This document shows, piece by piece, positions 57,236-64,000 of a stretch of 64,000 nt of DNA. Source of the DNA: Toensbergia leucococca (lineage: Eukaryota); assembly GCA_022813965.1 (NCBI GenBank), contig JALDZS010000031.1:62001-126000 (forward strand), written 5' to 3'. How positions within the stretch are numbered: position 1 is the stretch's first letter; every line of letters starts with the position of its first letter. The notes below the pieces were generated by a model. The model was not told the origin of the DNA and ran no database searches. It saw only the letters and a list, made by a program, of their open reading frames with translations. The position numbers and the translations under genes were made by a program.

Positions 57236-60162
57236 TCATAGTGCCCAGTGGGCAGCCAATAACGTAAATGCAAAGCTCCCCATCAGGAGCATGCAATCTG
57301 ATCTGACGTGATTCCGGTCTCCAGTTCCCGTAAACGACGGTCCTGTATAGTTAGCAGCGTTGCCGCCACCGAGACCCAGCATGATATAGCTACCCAATGC
57401 TTGTGTGCTGGTACCAATCACAGCGTCCGTTGCCGCAGCGTCGAGTGAGACAAGAGTCCCAGATACGGTGATGGCGGCACCCGGCATCAAAGTCTGGCTA
57501 CCGATGATGAATTCGGAGTTTAGATTCGCCGAGTAGGTTTGTCCGCCGAACGTGAGAAATCTGCCTGTTGTCGCTGCTGCAGTAGCCAACGGTATCGTGG
57601 ATGTCCCAACGACAGCGTATGAACCAGAAGCTGCTAGTGAAATTGGTGTTCCGGACACTGTGATACCACTGCCTGGAAGCAAGGTCTGGGTTCCAAGAAC
57701 GAAGGCTGATGCGGAATTTGCGGTGATGGATTGGCCTCCCCAAGCTAAAATTGCTGGAGTGGGTGTCCCTGCACCATGCATAGCTTCAACACTACTACCA
57801 ATCATCAAGAAGCTCGCTGAAGCTCCAAGTGATAAGAGGGTGTTTGAAACCATGACTGCGGGGCCGCCGGGCACAAGGGTCGTAGTGCCAATTAGAATAT
57901 TTGATGCAGAGTCGGCAGTAAAGGTTTGGCCTCCATACGTGATCATAGCCGGAGCTTTTGTCGCCGGAAATATAAGCTTAGAAGAGACTCCGTTGATGAA
58001 GATAGCGCTAGCAGAGGGTGCGAGCGAATAGGTTACTCCAGAATAGGTGGCAGGCAAACCACCAGGAGCTACGTTTTGTGAATTTATTGAGAAGCCTGAT
58101 GCAGGGTCGATAGTTACTGGGTTGTTGCCAATGGTGATTACTGGCGCTGGCTGAGAATTTGAGATGATTTGACTGGCTTGTGCTGGATCCCAGGATGAGG
58201 CAGAAGCAGCAGAAGAATCGCCGGAATTGGAGCCAATTGCATTACTTGGATCAGAACTTCCAGGTTCCGGATCGTTAGAAGGTTCGGAGACGCTAGGATT
58301 GGGATTCATGGTTGAAGACCCCTGAGCTTCCAAAGAAGCCGCAAACTGGCTACCAAGATTTGCTGCATTGTTTGTATCGAGATCCGATGGTATCGAGTTT
58401 GGTACCGACTGGGCTGATGGTACGACTGCTATTGGAGTCTGTGAAGTCAGCGTTTCTATGTTCTGACTTGATGGATCATTCCCTGTTTGAGAGGTCTTTC
58501 CCGGGGTATTATTGGGATCTTCAACGGGATTCGTGGAAGTGCCAGGGTCGCCGTTATCAGGTTGGAACGTGGGGCTTGCTGTGAGTTGCAGCGGCTGAAA
58601 TGTCTCCGAAGGTAGTGACTGGACTGTTGGACTCGGACTCGCTGGTGTGGGTGCCTCATGAGGGTCTTGAGCTGTTGTTTTTGGCAGTAAGTTTGCGACT
58701 GGAGTGAGAGCTATTGGAGGGTCATTTCCTTGAAAGGGAGCAGCGCCACATGCAGCATTCTTCCATACGGGATCGACGTTCCATAAGGCTGCAGGAGGTG
58801 ATATAATAGGTCTATAACCTTGTCCAATAAATGATATGTGATCGACATCTTGTAGTGATGCCGGCGGACACAATGCGTCAGCGAAATTAAAGCTGTACGT
58901 ATAGTCGCCCGCAATGGTGGACAATTGACCTGGCGGAACAGCGAGGGTAACAGAAGTATGTGCTGAGCCAATAAGACCACACATATCCGCCGCACTTATC
59001 ACAGGGAAAGCAAGATATGCTGAAGGAGATGTGCTGATTCTTGGATTAGTAGGCTTTCCACGTGAGGCGGTACATAGGTGAAGAAAACTAACAATGTGAA
59101 GCCATCTGCATTAGTAGCTATGGAACCGTTCCCAGTCAGAGCACGTGGTCGAGCACCGATAGCATTAGAGAGAAGGTCGGTAGAGGAAGTAGAAGTGGTG
59201 CTGCCGCCAAGGCATGCTGTATTGGGAGAAGACACAGGCCAGTAGTATACATCGACGGTAGGAAAGTATATGTTGCAATTTCCACACATTCCTGAACACA
59301 GCTGTTGTGGATCACCATGCGGATCTTCATTTGGTCCTGGCCCTAATATCGTGGTTGAGGTGACCGACACAGTAGTTGGTCCGGTGTATGTAACGAAAGT
59401 CGAGCCCCCGGTTGAGTCCCAAGTTGTCAAAACCTCAGGCCCAGTGATGACGGTCAAAAGCTCGGCATAAGTCACTGAACGATCTGGACGAGTAGTGGCT
59501 CCTGCTCCGAAGCATCGTTGAACCATCCATCCCCCAGGTAATTTCCAATTTGAGTTATTTGCGGCGGCGGTTGCAGTGGCGAGAAAGGTTGTCGGCCCGG
59601 TAACAGTAACGACACCTAGTCCTGATGCACTTGGGACAGCCAAGGTTTCGGTGGTAGATTGATTTAGTACTGTGGAAATGGAAAAGGTTTCGGCGGTAAC
59701 ACTAGTCAGTGTTCCTTTAATGAGCGTATACCCAAAAATAGCGACATCCTCAGAGTTCGCAGTGATAGTGGTCGTGAAGCCAGTAGGGCCAGTGAGAGTA
59801 ATCTCTTCAAAATCATTGCCACCATTTTCATCATTGATAGAAGCCGTTGGAAAGTTCAGACGGTAAATAGCAGACTGGCTGATAGTTACATTTATTGTAA
59901 GAGTCCCCTCGGGATAAGAAATCGAACTTGAACTTGCAGCTAGAGTGTGAGTTGAAGAGGCGTCTGCTGATGCAGGCAAGACAGAAGAACTAGATGTAAC
60001 ATTTGAAAATGTGGAATTGGAAATTAAAGGAGCAACTAGACGTAGAGTAAATCAGCTTCAGCTCAACCTAGAATGAGAAGACTACATAATCAAAGACTAA
60101 CCCTCTGTTCCTTGGATAGAGAAAACGAAGGCCAATGAAGAAATGAAATTCAAGACTCGCAT
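57236..60162 (-). CDS. Secreted, probably GPI-anchored Ser/Thr-rich cell-surface protein with C-terminal repeats (3 exons)
   Basis: Signal peptide MRVLNFISSLAFVFSIQG from ATG 60162, a Cys domain CGNCNIYFPTVDVYYWP...FTSPSAY...YSFNFAD, GGQT-x-TA-x-S-x-S repeats and a hydrophobic C-terminal tail. Two GTTAGT...AG introns join the ORFs. Confidence 0.85.
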
Positions 60163-60681
60163 TGTATTTGGTAAAAAGAGAAAAAGAGAAAAAAGAGAGT
60201 GATAGAACGAAGATGGACTGAAAGCAATGCGACGAAGCAAATAGAATAGCTACAGAAAAAGAGCGAGATGGCCAGTCAAGAAAGAAAGGGTGAAATGTCC
60301 ATGTAAATATCCAGTCACATTTGCACACGGGATAAATACATCAAGCTAAGCCAGGATTTCCCATGCTCGTAATCAGAGAGCCTCTTCATTTTCTCATCTT
60401 TTCAGCTGAGAATAAAAACCATGTTGAGTGCTTCAATATGATTGGCTCCTATTCACTTGCTGATTGGCTCAAGCCTTAGAGCGTTGGAGTAAGCGCCTGC
60501 AACATCGAGACTCGGGCTCGTGAGTGGTCGTCACTCCATAACTTGAAACAACCTCTTTTCTCTTCTCTCAATTGAGATCCAACTCCGACATCATTTTGAA
60601 TCATTTATTGACTGACTTATGGGATACAAAACATACCATTCACTCCAAATAAACTCGTTGTGCCGAGAATTGCCAATCCCG

Positions 60682-60708
60682 AGTCCAAGTCCAAGTCCAA
60701 GTCCAAGT
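60682..60708. repeat. (AGTCCA)n hexanucleotide microsatellite
   Basis: agtccaagtccaagtccaagtccaagt read directly from the sequence. Confidence 0.85.
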
Positions 60709-60825
60709 TGAGGTGTATTAACTCCTTGAATTTTCGTAATACTTCTTGCTACTGTCGTAGTCCTAATCTCAAGCTTCGCAATCAAGAGTCACGGCTACAA
60801 ACAGGTATCAATCATAAGACACCTA

Positions 60826-63104
60826 CTATCTCCCAACCCTACCCGCAGTAGCACGCGCAAGCGGCGAACTCCCCAATTGCTCGTCCGAATCATCCTCACC
60901 TAAACCTTCTATAATATCGTCCATTCCTAGAGGCTCGCCCAGCATAGGCACAATCCTTGGGCTCAATGCAATTTTCGGCCGGCTTTTGAAAACGCTGGCA
61001 TAGTCCGCTTCCTGGCTGAAGAGCTCTTCCCTGGGCGTTGAGCCCTTAGAATCGTCTCCTGTATTAGACTCTTGTTTCTTCGGAGTCTCAAATTGGTTTG
61101 TTGGATACACTTTCGATTGTCGATGCTTATGTATCGATTTTTGTGTTTCTCTAGACTTCGGTGGAACTAATGACATTGACTGCCTTGTGCGTTCGAGCAA
61201 TGTGCTATGACTTGCATCGAATGGATCCAAGGTTTCGGGGGAAGGGCCAAAGTTCTCGATAGGCAATGGCGATAGTAGCGAAGGTGACTCTATATGTTGC
61301 ATTTCCCCAAGCTTTAAGAAAGCCATTGATCTGCGAGTCCGCTCCACTAGAGACGGCTTCAATTTCACAGGTGATGGTTCAGCATTGGCTACCGAGGATA
61401 TGATCTGTTGTGCAAGTCTCTGCTCTTCATCCACTTCGTCTGATGGGGGCTCTGTTGACTGGGTTTGTGGTGTCATCTTCGAAGACATCGAGGTGTCGCT
61501 AGTTGTATTGCTAGGACCATCATTGGCTCTAGAGCCGGTGCTGCTCTCTGAGCCATCACGCACCGGCAGTTCTGATGCCTCAGGCGTAGGGGAAAGATCA
61601 CGTTTTTCTTGATTTTCGGACTCCGAGTCACTATTGATCGCCACGGTTTCTGTGACGTCTTTCCCACGAGACCAACGAGGGATCTTTGACACGGTATTAG
61701 CCACCGTTTCTGGCATTACCGACAGATCCTCCATTCTTTGAGCCGGCACTTGGTACTGAACACCAATTGCTAAGGCTTCTGGAGACTCAGCTTTGTGCCA
61801 ATTATTGATTGGTACACCCATCCTGCCCTTGTGGTTGTCTGGAAGGCTTCCGCTCCTTTTGCTTTCTCTGCCTACCATTGCTAGCTCAGACTTCATCGAG
61901 TTCATCAAGTGCTCGTACTCTTCAACCATCACATGGGCTGACTGTCCCTTTGTTGATTCACTACCGTGATTCATCCCTCTCAGTGTCTTAGAATCAATAT
62001 TGAGGTCTTGATGTCTATGCAAATCCAGATCGATGCCCCTCTTAAGTCCAGAACCCACAGCTTGCTTACTTGCTGAACGCGCAAATGTAGAATTCTTCGA
62101 CAAATCGTTTTTAAAATCCTGCCAGCGTTGAAGTCTTGCCTGTTGGCCTGCTACTCGCTTCTCTAGATCGTGTAGCAACCCCGGGTGCTTGGTCGCCCTC
62201 GGTTGACCAATACTTCCGTTCTCGACTTGGCTCCATACCTCAGGGAAAGGCTTGCCAAGGATTGGATCGTTTTCCTTTGATTGATCCCCGTAGATGATAA
62301 CGTCTACCCACTTAGCATCCCCATGCCAATAAGTAATCAGATGTTTCCTTAGCTCCTGGATGCTATCCGTTGGCATGTTAGATCTAGTGTGTCTTTCGGC
62401 CAATGACTCCAACTTTTCAGCTCTCGTAATGAGCTCCTGCTCTTTCGCATCTAATAGCCGTTGAAATTCGCGGAAATTCGTCCCTAATCGCTTCTTCTTA
62501 CGGAGAAGGGCTGTTAAGGATGCTCGGTGAGCAATTGCCAAGGGTAACATTGATTTTTGCTCCTCTAGCGCAATATTCCGAGCGAAAGCGAGTCGCATTG
62601 CAATGCATTCCCTACCGGTATTCTCAGTGCCTAATTTTTGCCGTAGTACAACTGTCGAGAAGGCAAGCAGCATGTCCTCGAACTTCTCCCCTTTGCATTC
62701 ATCCAGCATTGTCTTCCGCAGCATCACATCTCTTCCCAGTACTCCATTCTTTTTGAGCTCGTTCAAGCATCTGAACAAAGCGGCGCGTAAATTCAGAGAT
62801 TGAAGCGGCTCGAACGGAGGGAAAAACGGTTGTAGCTTCTGAATATGAGCGTAAGTACAAGTGCTCAAGTAATGTAAGAAACGTTCCTTGCGGTTACATT
62901 TCTGGTCTCCTCTGCATCCCACAACTCGAATAAGCGGAACAAAGCCCACTCTACACAGCGAATGCGTGCTTTCTGGTTTTGGTGGGCATCTTTTGTGGAG
63001 AATGTCTGGACAGTGATGGATGGCCAATCAGGCAACTTGTCAAAATCCAGTAGCCGAAGGTTAGTTACGAAGGTCGAGGCATTCGAAGAGAAATGGTCTG
63101 GCAT
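60826..63104 (-). CDS. Augmin (HAUS) complex subunit 6 homolog, 2 exons
   Basis: FVTNLRLLDFD...RIRCVEWALFRLFELWD-EETRN|KLQPFFPPFEPLQSLNLRAALFRCLNELKKNG...RKTMLDECKGEKFE matches the fungal HAUS6 N-terminal domain. The tail is disordered. Confidence 0.85.
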
Positions 63105-63447
63105 GGTGAGCGTAGACAGCTTGCTCAGTACCCGGGCTTGGGCAGTAATGCATCGTGCGGCCTGTAGACGAATGATTCAAGCAGAGCCGCTTTTTTGACA
63201 TAACACCTCGAAATCGACTCCACGTCAGTGTTTGATATGTAAACAATGGCCGTGACACTCGGGCACATAGCTGACTCGTGACTACCTACGAGCCTACTCG
63301 TACCTCTACCTGAATTTTGAAAATACGACACTAGGCATTTATTCTAGCATCGTGTATTCTACTCCGTATTTAATCAACAAACGCAGGAGGCAGTCACGGC
63401 AGTCCACCAATCAACCAATGATCTGCGCAGGGGATCTCAGCCAATCA

Positions 63448-63470
63448 CGCTAGAATATTCTATTCTAGCG
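63448..63470. promoter_or_regulatory. Perfect 10-bp inverted repeat beside a CCAAT box, containing an nGAAnnTTCn (HSE-like) unit
   Basis: cgctagaata-ttc-tattctagcg, immediately after CCAATCAC (63441-63448). Confidence 0.4.
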
Positions 63471-64000
63471 ACATTGCCCTGAGGTTTCTCGAAGCTCCAT
63501 CGCCAAAAAAAATCAGTCTTGCAGAAATCCGCCGTATTGCAGCAAGACATATCGAGGGAAGCTTTTGTGAATCTAACGTTTCTCGGATGGTAGCAACAGG
63601 ATTACTACAATCTGACTGAAAATATTCTACATGATGCGGAAGAATTCATGCTGACGATTCTTAGACCTTACCCACATAGTTGTGGCAATGATCTCTTGGC
63701 AACATAATTCTGACATAGCATCAAAATGAGGTTTGAAAAGAACATGACCGCTGTTTATTTAGAGTAGTACTTTGCCACCAAACAACCAGCGGTCGATTTG
63801 TCCACCTCGCCTCCTCATCCATACCTTGACCATCGTCCATCAAAACCCAAATCCGCTAAAATCTCCCCATGTACGTAGGAGAGAAACATCACGCTCATTC
63901 CTAGCCAATCTATCCTACATACTCAAATCTCACCCATCTCACTTTCAAAACATTTCTATTCCCCAAATATCAGCTGCAGTAAAACCTAGCCCGTAGTTTC

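Noticed and set aside
1..64000. CRISPR arrays, rRNA genes, autonomous transposase or reverse-transcriptase ORFs, secondary-metabolite core genes
   Set aside because: None seen: no repeat-spacer periodicity, and no DDE, RT, PKS or NRPS motifs in the ORF track.

Overview
Gene-dense nuclear DNA from a filamentous ascomycete (Pezizomycotina). The evidence is short spliceosomal introns with CTRAY branch sites, an alpha-1,3-glucan synthase, an AT-hook Orc4 and augmin HAUS6; a lichen-forming lineage is only a guess. Recognisable conserved genes, in order: mitochondrial Lon protease (PIM1), ORC4, alpha-1,3-glucan synthase (AGS1), a PaaI/THEM2-type thioesterase, a CUE-domain ER protein, SMC2, a BTB/POZ protein, Rab GDI (GDI1), MRPL4, NOT2, coatomer beta' (SEC27), an M3 metallopeptidase (Prd1/MepB type), a GPI-anchored Ser/Thr-rich surface protein and HAUS6. 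Five things stand out. (1) An orphan-rich stretch (~37.7-48.1 kb) carries a secreted polyprotein with four copies of a six-cysteine module and N-glycan spacers bounded by Kex2-type sites, a candidate multi-peptide effector or antimicrobial precursor. (2) A 1253-bp non-autonomous DNA transposon (43-bp TIRs, 8-bp TSD, nested ~240-bp inverted repeat) sits in a CCAAT box 110 bp upstream of GDI1. (3) The M3 peptidase has an in-frame GUG-initiated targeting extension. (4) C-rich to G-rich strand-skew flips recur independently of gene orientation. (5) Two GC-AG introns are needed to restore conserved proteins. A 7-N assembly gap lies at 21174-21180. All homology calls come from motif recognition by eye, not from database searches.
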